A stretch of DNA of 58,801 nucleotides, filler included, from Dugesia japonica (GCA_001938525.1; 6 parts of 6 records of this genome joined end to end with filler, not necessarily neighbours in it); one strand, 5' to 3'; shown: positions 1-13,546, counted from the whole stretch's first letter. Numbers and translations: made by a program. Notes: generated from the sequence alone by a model not told the origin.

Positions 1-799
1 ACATTAGGCATAACATAAACGATGAATTTTTCATATTAATGCTTTAGACAGTGTATGTAAGTATAGGAAGTATATGTAACTTTTAATTGTCTATCTTTTT
101 CTTATTAAGGTGCGGTAATTTACGTGCCTGTGGCGGCCTACAGAAAGCCTTTGTTCTTTTAAACCGTAATTTCAACCGGAAGTACGCGGAAATTTAAAAT
201 TTCAAGATGACAGATCGTCTTGAAATTAAATTCTGCATCTATATCACTTTAAATTTGTTTCGTAGCATTTTCCTATTTTGCCCTAGGGGGGGGTGCGGCA
301 GTGCGGACACATCTGGAGTCGAAACGAAGCATTTTTCAAGCATAGTACTTTAGATAATGTATAGGTAACTTTTAATTTTAAGACGATTGGTAATAGTTTC
401 AAGTCGATATCTCAAAAAAAAATTTTAAATTCAAATTCAAATATTTTATTGATCCGATCATATTTTTCAAAAAATAATTACAGAACATAGCGACGCATAC
501 TCGCGCGCATCTTTTCCACTTTTCAAAACATCGATAGCATACACTTATTGACCTTGAGTTACTTTTTAAAAAAGTTTGAAACAAAAAAAAATTTTTTCAA
601 AAATAATTTTATCAAAAACATTTTTTCAAAACAAAATTTTTCAAAAAAAAATTTTTGTCAAAAAAAGTTTTTCGAAAAAAAAAATTTTCAAAAAAAGTTT
701 TTGTCAAAAAATATTTTTGTCACAAAAAAAAATTGACGAAAAAAATTTTCTGGCTAGGGGGCGGAGGGGGGTGAGGTAGTGCGGACATATCTCACTACT
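1..799. mobile_element. Polinton/Maverick-like terminal segment (right end ...CTCACTACT at 799)
   Basis: Reverse complement of 779-799 is AGTAGTGAGATATGTCCGCAC (AG-starting AGTAGT terminus typical of Polintons). Internal direct repeat CTAGGGGG...AGTGCGGACA at ~283-310 and ~753-790, and A/T-run low complexity at 560-750. It abuts and truncates the retrotransposon ORF at 801. Confidence 0.6.
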
Positions 800-800
800 C

Positions 801-1109
801 CAAGCCCATGTTCTTTGTCACTGCGGTTCCTCTTCGACTTTTCGCATTGGTCGTTACAATGATGTTATGGAACTTCTTGCGGACGTTGTCCGCCATAAGA
901 TGAGTTTCAGAGTTATTATTCACTGGTTATGTGAATTTGTGAACCGTACTAATCGAGTTGATTTACATCTAATTAATATGGAAAGGAGAAAGATGATATT
1001 GCTTGATGTGAAAGTTCCTTATGACACTTCTAAAAATATCAAATTGGCTAGAGACAACAAGATCAGGAATTACACACCGCTCAAGGAAGACATCAAACGT
1101 AATCTTTGA
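801..1109 (+). mobile_element. Non-LTR retrotransposon (R2/R4/NeSL-type, restriction-like endonuclease) C-terminal fragment
   Basis: Translation QAHVLCHC...IGRYNDV (end of CCHC finger plus RHN/RHD-like motif), then RVDLHL...LLDVKVPYD...ARDNKIRNY (PD-(D/E)xK RLE with K..Y motif). Confidence 0.75.
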
Positions 1110-1199
1110 AATTGAAATGTCTACGTAAAATAATTACGAAAACTATTACATTTAAAGAAAATCATTACCATTTAATTTAAATAAAAATAAATCCTTATA

Positions 1200-1402
1200 T
1201 ATGTATAACTATTATCATTATATTGATTAAGTGCGCCACACCCTTTATCCCGAGAACAAAGCATTTTATGGACAAAATCATTTAGGTAATGTATAGGTTC
1301 TTTTTTATTTCCTACCAAATAATACCAAGTTCAACTTGATCCGATCAAAACTGGAGGTTGAACGAGTTATTAATCTTAAATTCTTAATAACTTTTCATCA
1401 TC
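1200..1402 (+). repeat. Dispersed repeat, probably an LTR fragment; inverted copy at ~36620-36830
   Basis: ATAACTATTATCATTATA...AGTGCGCCACACC..TTATC.CGAGAAC..AGCATTTTATG...TCAACTTGATC...AATAACTTTTCATCATC matches the reverse complement of 36620-36830, which lies upstream of minus-strand Gypsy pol remnants. Confidence 0.7.
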
Positions 1403-4042
1403 TCGCTTGATTAAATCAGTGATTACACCATGAGATCTGTCACGTCTTTACGCATCAAACGATAGTCTGGCCGAGGAAAAATTGAATTCTTGCAGAAATT
1501 TCTCGGTTACATAGTTTCAATTAGTTACAGTCCAAAGGTCAAACTACTAAATTTTTAAAACATGTCCAAAGTCTAAAACACCAAAAACTAAAACACTTTG
1601 GAACCGGCAAAAATTTGACAGTTTTTCGTGTACTGTTTCCCTCTATCCCAAGTTCATGCGGGACTATACAGTATCCTGTCTTATAGAGAAATCTTGATAC
1701 TACTTGCTACAGTTTAATTTATACTTTTACTTTGCTGTTAATCAAACAACACCCTGACTCTTTGATTCTCGACGCAGAACACCATAAATAACGAATATTT
1801 ATTAAATTACAATTTACTGATCAGTCAAATATGTCACCGATAGTTATAATCTCTTTCGATTCTCCCTTTTTGGCTTTTACCTCGGCTAGAGAAGTTTGTC
1901 ATAAGGTTCCCAAGTTTTCAATGACTTCCATTTCCTTGTCCGTGTATGATTTTTTCGGGTCTGGCATTGTATGACTAGTCTGGGTTAGAGCCATATCCTG
2001 CTCCCGTAAGCAAATTAAAAATAGTCAAATAATTGGAAAGTCACATTTTATTTTGAAAATAAATTTTTATAATTACAAAATCTAAAAAGTTCTATTTTCA
2101 ATTCTAAATAAAATATTGCAATAAAATTTTAATTTACTATTAATTTTGTTGAAATAGAGCACTATAATATAGGAAAACGATGAAATTCATAAGTAGATAT
2201 TGAAAAAGAAAATATTATTAACGAAAAAGATATCAAGAGTAAAGAACGTCCGAAAAGTTTTTGGATAAAAGAGAAACTTTTAATGAAAAGTCATAGTAAA
2301 AAATGTTAAGAAACAACTTGGGAAGAAATACATATTGGAAATAACATCAAAAAAAGAGAGTAGAAAAAAGAGCAAAACAGACACGAGAAAATTTTTAATA
2401 TTAAATAAAGCACTGAAATGATTCTTCTTAAAGACTGACATTATGAGAAGAAAGCATTAAATTTTAAAACAAATATTTAATGACGAAGAAAAGGAATAAA
2501 ATGAATGAGATTGAAAACTAGAAAAATTCATTAATTTCGAAAATGTTAATTTTAGAATGGAAGATTATTAACCAGTTAACAAGAAAATAATTAATTTATT
2601 AAAAATAAACTAAATCATTAGAAAATGAAAATGATTTATTATACAAAAAGAATTAATTTTATGCAGAAAATTTCAAATGGAAAAAATCCGTAGAATTTAA
2701 AAATCTAAATTAAAAAATTGTAGCTCAACCTGTACGAAAGTTGTAAGAAAGGATTTTAAGAAACAGCTAATTAGAATCTGTAAGTGTTAGAATTACAAAA
2801 AATTGGTCAATGAGAAGAAAGTGGCGTGATAATGATAGAGAAATAATACGCAGCAACAATTTTCACAATAATCAATCATTTTGAATTGCAATTTAAAAGT
2901 GTTATGTTAAATTTATGAATAACCTATTAAAAATCTAATAATGTAATGGTTTCTGATTATATTCCCATGATGAATATTCCTGTCAATTTTCCTTCAAAAG
3001 TTAAAATTTATTTCATCAATAAAATTTTTCTTAGTATTTTAATTTTGATCACTTTGCTTGTTTGATATTGTATTGCTAAATCTTGTGCATATAATATAAT
3101 ATTTATTTTAATGTGAAATATCATTCATCAGCTCTTGGATTTTATTCCATTTTCTTTTTATTTTGATTTTGTTAACCAAATTTTTTCAAAATCCGAATAT
3201 CCAAATCACTATTTTTATATATTAATTCGACATATAACTTTTAATCTTCACATTTATAACGAAAAAAAATCAATTCGATTCCAGCTTTGCTTTATTTTGA
3301 AAATTTGAAAACCAAAATTAAATTATAATAACAAATCAACATTCAATATCTATTATTTGGATGTATTTAATATTTAAAATTCATTAACCAATAAGAATTA
3401 TTTTTCATCGAATCAAATGGAATTTGGTTAATATTTACGATTTTTTTTGGCTGAATAAAATAATCAATTGTTCCTGAAAAATTCAATGTAGAAATATTGA
3501 ATAATCTAGTAAAATAGGAACATTCCAATTTCGATCTTCACATTTTTGAAGTTTTTTTGCATTTTTTAAAAAGGAAATTTTTTTAACATAATAATTAAAT
3601 CACATTAAATCAGAATTTTATACGTAATATTTTCAGCTATAATTGCCAAAACAATTGAATAAAATGGAATATTCACGGGTTAACCTTAACTAAATTATTG
3701 ATCGAATAAATAACTGAGAAATTTAAGTTATTTATATTTATTGAACTCTTGAATACCTAGCTTTTACGCCCGCATGTGTGTATGTGGGTGTGAGTGTGCA
3801 GTTGTCAACTATTAATTTGGAAAATATAAACATTACTTTTAATTTTATTAGTTATTGAATTGATATGTTTCTAAGGTCACAAATATTTTGAGAAATAACT
3901 TCAATATGTTGTTTTATTAAAGTATATATTAAATTTTCAAAGAATTATTTATCATTAAAATGATTTTTAAAATGCAAAATATTCATTGAAATCAAATAAT
4001 TTAAAACAAAAATAAGAGTAATTAATTACTTTGAACGGATTT

Positions 4043-5278
4043 TATTATGTTATGCGAAATTTTTTTTCGGTTTTTTAATATGAAATTAAAAGCAATTTTT
4101 AATCTTTAACTTTTTGGTCATTATTTTCGATAATTTCTTGAAATCTCTCAGTCAATATCAATAATAAAATGTCTTATTTTGTTTCGCAAAAAATGCTTTC
4201 AGATACGTTGGAATACTGTAATCTGAAGTAAAGGTTTTCTCAGAGTTTCGAAGAAACTGAAACACAGTGTTATATCAGGATTATATGGGGGGTGTGGCAG
4301 TCCATCTTAGCCAAGTTTTAGTTATTTTTGTAGAGCCTTTAAAGATGTGTTAGGTTTTGTGTTGTCATGTATGAAAACAACACCTTCACGATAGTCTAAT
4401 TTTGGATGTTTATACTGCCCGGAATCCTTTAATATGTTTAATTGATAACAGTAAACATTCGGGTGAATTATTTTATTAACTGGTAAGAGTTCAAAATGTA
4501 AAATTTCCTTATAAATCTACAATATTGACAATTTAACCTTTTCCTGATGAGTTTCAGTTTTTTATATTGTTTGAGGTTACTCGCTGGACTTGAACAATGA
4601 TCTTTTGCATTTAACATTATTGTGTACAATCCATTATCATTGCTAAATATGAGTTTCTTTGAAAATGAACTGGTCTAATTACGGCTTAAGAGCATATCGC
4701 AGATATTGATTCTTTCCATTAAATAAATTTTCTTCAATTCATATGGAATACAAATATTAAATTTCTTTACATATCCAAGCCTTTTTAATTGGTCTGTAAC
4801 AGTTGTTTTCAATAATTTTAACTGTCCTGCTAATTAATGTATCGTTGCGCGTGTAATAGCTTCCATCATCGCCTTCACTTGATCTGCAGAAGTTTCCAAT
4901 GGCCTACCGGAACAGACCAAATTTTCAAGCAAGAAATTTTCAGAAATAAATATTTTATACCAATATTTTGCAAGTACCTACTGTTACTTCGCAGATCCGT
5001 ACACATCGCATGTTTTTGTATGAGCATTTGCAGTTGATTTACTTTGCTTAAATTAAAAAGGTAAAATATGTTTAAAATATACTCTTTTACTGTCCATTTG
5101 TAAACGACGCCAAACAAATGTAAACAAGCTAAATCAACTAACATATTTAAATAATATTAGAATAACTCATTATTATTAAAAATAAATATACTTTTCAGAT
5201 TTTCTTTCACAAATACGTAAAAAGTTATTAAAACCGTACGCTGGTAAAAACCGAAAGACCTTTACTGACCACCTAATA
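4043..5278 (-). mobile_element. Mariner DNA transposon, full-length (~1.24 kb) but decayed
   Basis: Minus-strand peptides CSGRPLETSADQVKAMM, GVVFIHDNTKP, LPHPPYNPDI. Imperfect TIRs TATTATGTTATGCGAAATTTTTTTTCGGTTTTT (4043) and revcomp TATTAGGTGGTCAGTAAAGGTCTTTCGGTTTTT (5278). Confidence 0.85.
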
Positions 5279-5490
5279 GAATACCAGAATTGAACAAATA
5301 ATATTGACCAGAAAGTAAGCAATGAAAATTTTAGAATACTTCAAAATTTTCTAACTTATTATGAACTTCTATCGAGATAATTCAGCTAATTATTTTTGAA
5401 ATTTACTACTGCTAATAATTATTATTATTATTATGTAAAAAAACGATGGTAATCTTAAAAAAAAATTAAGAGCGCAATTTAAAATAAAAT

Positions 5491-5540
5491 TTTATTGTTA
5501 TATATTTCGACGGATCAATCGTCATCATCAGACAAAAATG
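5491..5540 (-). ncRNA. Minimal type I hammerhead ribozyme (Penelope-type)
   Basis: Minus strand reads UUUUUGU-CUGAUGA-U-GACG-AUUGAUC-CGUC-GAAA-UAUA-UA-ACAAUAAA: conserved core, 4-bp stem II, stem I UUGU/ACAA, palindromic minimal stem III. Confidence 0.75.
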
Positions 5541-5680
5541 AAACATGAGTTTATTCAGTCTATATTATTTAAACAAAGATGCAAGCAATTGTACAGAATA
5601 TAAAATGGCTATAATTTTATTTTTTTTAAATTTTAACAACTTTTCCATAAACAAATTAATTTATATTCTAATAAAAATTA

Positions 5681-5910
5681 TTTTCCTATAATAATATTTT
5701 ATTAAAATTACTATTTTAAACCTATAAAAATCAAAGAAACAAAAAAAGTTTTTCAAAAATATTTAAAATTTTTAATTTTAAAATTTATTAAAATTTTTTA
5801 AAAGCTTTAAAATAAAAAAATTAAAAATTAATCGTTTTTAAAACTTTTTTTGTTTCTTTGATCGTATAGGTTTAAAATAGTAGTTTTAATAAAATATTAT
5901 TATAGGAAAA
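5681..5910. repeat. Long fold-back inverted repeat (~75-bp arms)
   Basis: TTTTCCTATAATAATATTTTATTAAAA...TCAAAGAAACAAAAAAAGTTTT pairs with AAAACTTTTTTTGTTTCTTTGA...AAAATATTATTATAGGAAAA. Confidence 0.85.
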
Positions 5911-5969
5911 AAATTTTATACTATATAACAATACACTATATAACTTGTACCTAATTGTTTTACTTATCA

Positions 5970-6250
5970 ATGTTGAATTTTACTACGAGCAATTGAATCG
6001 AGTCTTGAGCTTTTTGAGAAGTATCCAAGTCTTGTTCGTTTTGCTTCAATAGTACAATGAAAAACCGCATAACACCAGAAAAACTTGTAACAGGTTTAAA
6101 GAAATGGACAATAACGATGTTCTGCCGTCTTCAGTTTATAGTCCAGACATTGCTTTTTCTGACTACGGTATCTTCCGGTCAATGCAAAATTTTATGAAAG
6201 GTTGACGATTTGAGTCATTTGATGAAATTAAAAAATCATATCAAAATTTT
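5970..6250 (+). mobile_element. Mariner transposase C-terminal remnant
   Basis: LLQ*YNEKPH...VLPSSVYSPDIAFSDYGIFRSMQNFMKG*RFESFDEIK (YSPDLAPSDY motif) with stops. Confidence 0.8.
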
Positions 6251-6306
6251 TCGTTTTTGTTTTAAAGGAGTGATTTTATTTTATACTTGAAATTTTTTAT
6301 CATTAA

Positions 6307-6636
<330 letters not shown>

Positions 6637-7924
6637 TAATTTGTTTTCATAATTTCATTGGTGTTTTTGGAATATTATTCTAACATTTACATTCAAATGA
6701 GGTTGTATTTGCACTTGCATGATAATAGAAATAATCTTTTATTTTCAACATATATTAAAAATGAATTCTGCTAAGTAGAACAATGAAAGAAACATTGTTT
6801 TTATTATAAATATTTTTAAAATGAAATTGTACAACTGGTGTAATAAATTATTATCTTTGATAGTTTGATACATTCATTACTATCATTACAATATTTCAAA
6901 TTAAAACCGGGACTAAGTATTTATACTAATTATCTCCACATACAAACTCGTACATACAATCATAATCAATTATAATCATAATTAAATGTAACATACAACA
7001 CATACTATCTTCATTTTGATTTTCCAAGATTTAAATGATTCTTGCAAACACGATAACGAAATTTTCAATGTTACTAAATATTTAGATTTTCCAAATGTTC
7101 AATTACACACACACACACACACTTATACCTTATTTACATTTTAATTTAATTTAAATTTATGCATTAAAACCACCAGACATTTTTGTTAATATTATGTTTT
7201 TTATTAATTTATAATTTTAAAATTATAATTTAGAAAAAATTAGTAAAATACTTTCCGAAAATTTTATACATTTAGATATTTTTTGTTTATTAACAATATT
7301 AAATTCATTATAATACTTCAATTAAATTAATTGTGAAAATTAATAATTGAAAAAGTTAATTGGAGAAATCAAACATCTAACAAAACAATCTCAAAATAGT
7401 AGATTTCAATGTTTCTACCTTAACTCAAGTTACAAACGTTAAATGTAAAACACTTATTTGAATACTTGATGTAAATGTGTAGATAAATCTGTTTTTACAC
7501 GCATTACTAATATTAGTTAATAAATTGATGATGATATTAAATAAGAATCGCTGAATAAATTTTCATGTTCTAATTTGCTGTAGAGACAAAATACATTTGT
7601 TTGTTCACCAAATGATATTGTAGTCTTCGATATATAAATAAACATAATAATTAAAAATTATTGATTAATGAAATACAGTAAATGTTTACCATGCATTTCT
7701 GTCAAGTTTTTACAAGTATTAAATTCAATTTACGAGTGCGTCTATTATTTTTAAATTAAAATTATTGATTATTTATTAACAAGTAGATTATATTTATCTC
7801 TTAAAAAAAATTATTTTGATTAAATATTTATTCAATCTTTATTTTACAAAATTTTTAATTTATTTTGTTATTTATTAAATATTAAGAACTATTTTATTAA
7901 TTTTTTCTAATTGATTTTTTGTAG

Positions 7925-8014
7925 ACTAGTGGAATAAGGCTAGGATCTAAAACTAAGTCATCTGATTTTGTAAATTCTACCACAGACAAAACAAATCGAT
8001 TTGCATGTTGTTGA
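7925..8014 (+). CDS. RAB2: Rab2-like small GTPase, terminal exon with CC prenylation motif
   Basis: TTTTTGTAG acceptor, phase 0 matching the donor at 6631. TSGIRLGSKTKSSDFVNSTTDKTNRFACC* (GIRLG resembles Rab2 GIKIG; C-terminal CC). Not in the ORF track. Confidence 0.85.
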   Translation, partial: TSGIRLGSKTKSSDFVNSTTDKTNRFACC

Positions 8015-8132
8015 TAATTTTATTGGACTGTTTTTTTAATTATTGAAATGTGAATATTTTTTTATTTATTTATGTATTTATTATTAAAAATGATGTTTAT
8101 TTTAAAAAATAATATTTATGATTTGTATCGAT

Positions 8133-8232
8133 NNNNNNNNNNNNNNNNNNNNNNNNNNNNNNNNNNNNNNNNNNNNTTAATTAATTAANNNNNNNNNNNN
8201 NNNNNNNNNNNNNNNNNNNNNNNNNNNNNNNN
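8133..8232. other. Artificial contig-joining spacer N44-TTAATTAATTAA-N44
   Basis: Exactly 100 nt with a six-frame-stop palindrome; identical at five places. Confidence 0.95.
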
Positions 8233-8244
8233 ATATATATATAT

Positions 8245-8843
8245 ATATAGACGAGACCTATTGTAATGTGTGGACCCAACGATTAAGAGGAAGAAGTCTT
8301 AGTGGCGACAATGCATATATTCAGGTACCAACTCAGCGTGGCTAGAATATATCCATCTTAATGGCGATTGGAAAAAAGGTCCAATTCATCATTTGGTTCA
8401 TCAAGGGTCTGTCAACCAAGTGCTCTACATGANNNNNNNNNNNNNNNNNNNNNNNNNNNNNNNNNNNNNNNNNNNNNNNNNNCATGAAATTTATTCATGA
8501 CTTATCGTTAAAATTGGATGCAAGTGAATATTACTTTATTCACGATGATAATGCATATATCCACAACAATACGCTGACAACAACAGAAAATCATAAAGTT
8601 CTTCATCTACCACCATATAGCCCTTTCCTGAACCCAATAGAAAATTATTTTTCCCAATTCAAATCAAAACTAAGAAAACTTCTGACAAACAATTTAGATT
8701 TGGACTCAAGTTCCAAATTCCAACAGATTAAATCAGGAATTTCCCCAAGTTTAGAAGAGGATAAAAATAATTCACTAAAACCTTATTATAATAACATTAA
8801 ATATTTTTACCAGAATTGTTTGTTGCTGAAAGATATTTTGTAA
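8245..8843 (+). mobile_element. Tc1/IS630-type DDE transposase remnant
   Basis: IDETYCNVW...NISILMAIG, then FIHDDNAYIH...HLPPYSPFLNPIENYFSQFK; stop and frameshift present. Confidence 0.85.
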
Positions 8844-9068
8844 ATAAATATATAATTCCTTCGATTTATTCTTCTCTATAAATTTTTATCTAAAAATTGA
8901 TCTAAAATTTATCTAAAATTGTCATATAATTATTGTCATGTAAAAATTTTAACTTAAAAACCATTAAAAATTAATTTAGCTAAAATAAAATTAAAAAATA
9001 CAAAAATTTTTAATAATAAAAAACTTACAATATTAAACATTGTAGCTCTTAAACTTATGATAGTGTAC

Positions 9069-9701
9069 CTATACTATGGTGGTATTGTTTACTTCTGTTA
9101 AGAAATCTGTATTAACGAACACAGTTATGTATTCATCTGGTTTTAGAGCATTGACTGGTTGAAAAGCACATTTACAATATAATGTTTCATCAGCTATAAT
9201 CGCCACTTTCTGTCCGGCTAATTTTGCTATTATATTAGCGTGATTTGGTTTGTAAATTCTTGAAGCATATAATTCCCTAAGCGTATTATCTTGCGATATC
9301 CCACCACAGCCTTTTACGTTCTTCTGTATGAAACTACGCAATATAGGGTTGTCAAATTTCTCCAGAGGTATATTGGCTGCCAGAAATGCTTCAACCAATT
9401 CCATAACTAAAATATCTTTGGCCTAAGTTGCATGGCTTGATCTTTCAATAAATCCTGTGATGCTACTTTGTCGTTTGGTGTTTGTAGAGTCATTCGTGTT
9501 GTCCTTTGTTTGCACCCGCTGTATGCTTTTTTTTGTCCCCAAACGATCAGAGATAGTCTGTCTTCTAATATAATCAACTGGTTCATTGCAGGTCTTACAC
9601 CACAGTAAACCACCATCGGCGTAGAATGTATCCTGCTCAAATTCTTTAACTCGCTGTACTGGACCAATATCCACTGCAGTTTTATTACGTTGATTGATCA
9701 T
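9069..9701 (-). pseudogene. CGGBP1-like / hAT-derived transposase N-terminal fragment (frameshifted)
   Basis: RVKEFEQDTFYADGGLLWCKTCNEPVDYIRRQTISD (BED-like Zn finger as in CGGBP1), then LVEAFLAANIPLEKFDNPILRSFIQKNV...IIADET. Confidence 0.75.
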
Positions 9702-10542
9702 TGCTATACTGAAGGATTAATATTAGAAATGAATAATAATTTATTTTAACAATTAATAATAATTTATTTTAACAATTATACCGAAAACAATTTCAACAAT
9801 TATACAATTTTAATATATATTATATTATAAAATTAGAAGTTAATTAAATCAGAAACCTTCAAAAATTTAAAAATATTACAAAATATATATTGAATATAAT
9901 TAAAAAAAATACTTTCATGAAACATTGATAACATAACAATGAGGCTTACATAATTAATAATCACAACTAGAAATTGATATTCAATGATTAAATAGAAATT
10001 CCAGATTTATATATAGATTGATATTAAACTAAAACAATATTTTAATAGTTTTTTATATGATCAGTGATCGCTAAATTTATTACACGTATTACATAATTAA
10101 AGGTTGAATTACACAATTCCGCGGCGTCGCGCGATAAATCGTGGGTCGTAATAATAATTGTTCATTTAATAAATTTTGTAAACCAGTTTTAATCAATGAA
10201 GTATATTCTGAGGTACATGCGCCCCACAAACCTAATACAAAAATTTTAATCCCTCAATCTATTTGATACATTCTATCCATTATAAAAACATAATCCACTT
10301 AATTAGTTTATCCATTACACTTAGTCTGTTCCAATTAGACATAATACAATTCAATACATTCAATACACCAAATAAATCAAATACATTTTATAAACCAATG
10401 CAACATTATACACGTAATACAGCCGCGTAATAAAGTATCGGTTCAATACTTTAAATATAGCGAAAATAATACGATAGAGCAAATTAAAATTCATTTTTAT
10501 GTGCTTACTTGAACTTTTTATCACATATAGATTAAAAAAATT

Positions 10543-10763
10543 ATTTTACAATAGCAATTATTGCGAGAATAATTGTTGGACGTAACCATTGATCGTTTTT
10601 CAGAATTCATTTAAAAAAAAAGTTTCGATCAAAATTTGATTTTTGGTTTTTGATAACAATTCTATATTTCGACTTTGTCTTCGTCAGGAATTGACTTTTT
10701 GACTAATTCTTATCAAAAACCAAAAAAACAAATTTTGATCGAAGGTTTAATTTTAAATGAATT
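10543..10763 (-). repeat. Small fold-back repeat family, copy 1 (contains a hammerhead)
   Basis: 10543-10612 is the reverse complement of 18730-18800 and of 32549-32613. Arms 10604-10661 and 10705-10763 are inverted repeats. Confidence 0.85.
10657..10693 (-). ncRNA. Minimal type I hammerhead ribozyme
   Basis: Minus strand CAAUUC-CUGACGA-A-GAC-AAA-GUC-GAAA-UA-UA-GAAUUG: perfect 6-bp stem I, 3-bp stem II, intact catalytic core. Confidence 0.8.
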
Positions 10764-11153
10764 AAAATTATAAAAGAAAAATAATTCAATTATAAAAACA
10801 CCAAATTTGCTGCTTTAAGGTTCCTTATTCTGAAATCCAAAATGTTTTTGCTTTTTAAAACGTTTCAAAAAATCGTTTTTCATAAATTTTAATTTAAATC
10901 TGATACACAATATTTTAAAAATGATCACATTAAAGCAAATAAATTTTTAATATGATTTTCTAATTTCTTCCTCACAACGCAATACTCTCCATAGTCAAAA
11001 TACATTTAATAAACCAACTCGGTCATTCAATCTATTGAATACATTCTATTCTCAATCCAATCACTCATGTCGACCAATACAATACCATTACTTAATCCAA
11101 TGAATTTACTTAATTCATTGAATACAATTAATTCAGTCAAAAAGTATGGTGCC

Positions 11154-11174
11154 GTGTACTACTATCTACCTACT
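11154..11174 (-). mobile_element. Polinton-like terminal motif (remnant)
   Basis: Revcomp AGTAGGTAGATAGTAGTACAC, 20/21 identical to the terminus at 50180-50200. Confidence 0.6.
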
Positions 11175-13546
11175 ATACTGTATTAAGTATTATAAATGAA
11201 ATTTTATATATAAAAATATTTGTTTTATTAATAAAACATAATAATTGGAGCAGCTCCGGAGCCGGAAACAAAATTCAAGCTTCGGCTTTAAAACCCTGAT
11301 AAAAATGCTGATAAACCACAACAGTAAAGTATTTTAAGTGAATTAGTCCTGATTACAAGACAAAGTTATTTATAAGTTCTATTTAATGAACATGTTAAAT
11401 CCTGCCTTCTATTTCAATTGTTTTACACATCGAATTTGAATCTATTTGAATATAATAAAAACTACGAATATTAAAAAATTTCAACAATTTAAAATTACAT
11501 TGATTGAAATTAAAACGAATATTTAGTGCATTTATCAAATAACCAACTTGAATTGTTATATATATTTATATATAAATGATATAAATACAAAGTATAAATT
11601 CAGTAAATGTATGTGCTTGTTAAAAATCATTTTTCATAATTATTGTTTTATTGATTACACTTAAATATTTTTATAAAATAAATTCATGAAACAAATTATA
11701 AAACAGAACTGTATTGGAATAAAAATAAGATGAGTTATAAAATACTTAAAATAGAAATGTATTATTATAGGAATACTTAATTATTTAAAAAATTTTTATT
11801 ATAATTGTTGAACATATTTCACCATTGTAAAATAATAAATAAAAATTTTTCTAACCGCAAATCAATAACGAGGCATTCATAAGTACTTTCTATTTGATAT
11901 TGGCTCTCAATATGTTTATATTCGATTCAATTAGGTTAAATTGCAGTAAAGCTTTGTATTATTTTGCCGATTCTTATTGTTATAACTAGTATTATATTTC
12001 AGTGATAATCAATGGATTATAATTATTGATAAATTGCAACCTGCGAAAATAGTTTATGGAAAATTTATCTTATTAGAAATAATAATAATATTCAAATTAA
12101 ATCGTGTGGTTTGCAATAATTGATTTGCAATTGATCAGTTCATAATCATTTATTTTAAAATGTAATGAAATATAATCTATTTATAAGTTAATAAATGAAA
12201 AAATATAAATTGTTAAGTATGCATATTCCAAATAGGTAATTTTTTACAATAATAATCTTATAAATATGTCAAAAATAACTAAGGTAAATTTTTCACGCTA
12301 AGAATATATTTACAAATAAAATTATTTAAAATAATATTTCTGGGAAATTATAATTATTTTACATGCCTGAAAAGTTTCTTTCATGCCTTTTATGTTTCGA
12401 AAATATAATTGTTGGTGAGATATTCCTTAAATTTTCTCGTTGAGTCAAGTTTATTTTGTATTTTACAAGCGATTGAATTTGTCGTGTTCTGGAATTTGTG
12501 ATTATAATTAAATAATTATAAATTAATTCAGCCAATAGAAATCGATTAAATTGTAGATAAATATTTTTATGGTTCTATTCTTATATAATTATATAATTGA
12601 GATAGCTGAGCTGTGTGAATTGAAATAAATTGTCTAAAAATAGTTGTGATTTTGAAAATGAATTACCAATTGAAGAAATACCTAACAGTGATAATGCTGT
12701 GTATTTTATCTAATATCAATAATTGGCCGATCCACTTTTCAAAAAAGTAATATTTTTCTATAATAAACTGGAAAAAATCTTCAAATAATTATATTAATGA
12801 ACAGGTTAATAAAGATTCATAACATGCATGCATTTAGTGCGATTATTGTGTGATAGAATTATGACGACTAAAATACATTTTTATTGGCGAGAAGTTAATT
12901 TTCCGTTTATTATGTTGTTTATTTTAAGTTGATAGTTGTATTTTGTATTCTCTAATACTTAATACTTAATATTGGAAATTTTTTTAATTATATTAGGTCA
13001 TAAGTTCGTCATTTCTCTATACAAATATTTGATTAAATTGAAATTATTAAAATTATTATTGAAATATTAAACCTTAGCACATATTGTATTGATGAAATGT
13101 AATTTATTTTAAATAAAATTATTCTTTCATTTTTAAATAAAAAAGAAACGAACTTATGCACAGACTTAATACTTTGTCTGTAAAGAAATAGTATATAAAT
13201 CATCTATTAATTTATATTTAATTAATAATGATGTTTTATTTAATTAAATTATATTTGACACTAACTTATATCTTTTTATCATCATTTGTTCCCATGTATC
13301 TTTTGACAATCTCTTTTGAACAATCATTTACGCATCCAGAAACAATTGATTATATTATAAGATAAACATCAAAGACTGATAAAATAAATTTTTACTTCAG
13401 TTAGAAATAAACTGGATTTCAAAATTTATGCCAATAGAAATCTTTTAAGTTTATAATTATATTTCTGTAGTTCAGTTCTAAATAAATAAAATAATTACAT
13501 TTGATGCAATTTTCCAAAATTAATTAATGGGTTGCATTTTTTCTAG

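Noticed and set aside
399-779. K/F/N-rich ORFs
   Set aside because: Translation of A/T-run low complexity in a terminal repeat.
11248-11298. hAT-like end (revcomp CAGGGTTTT...CCGGCTCCGGAGC)
   Set aside because: Only one short end, with no partner TIR or TSD found.
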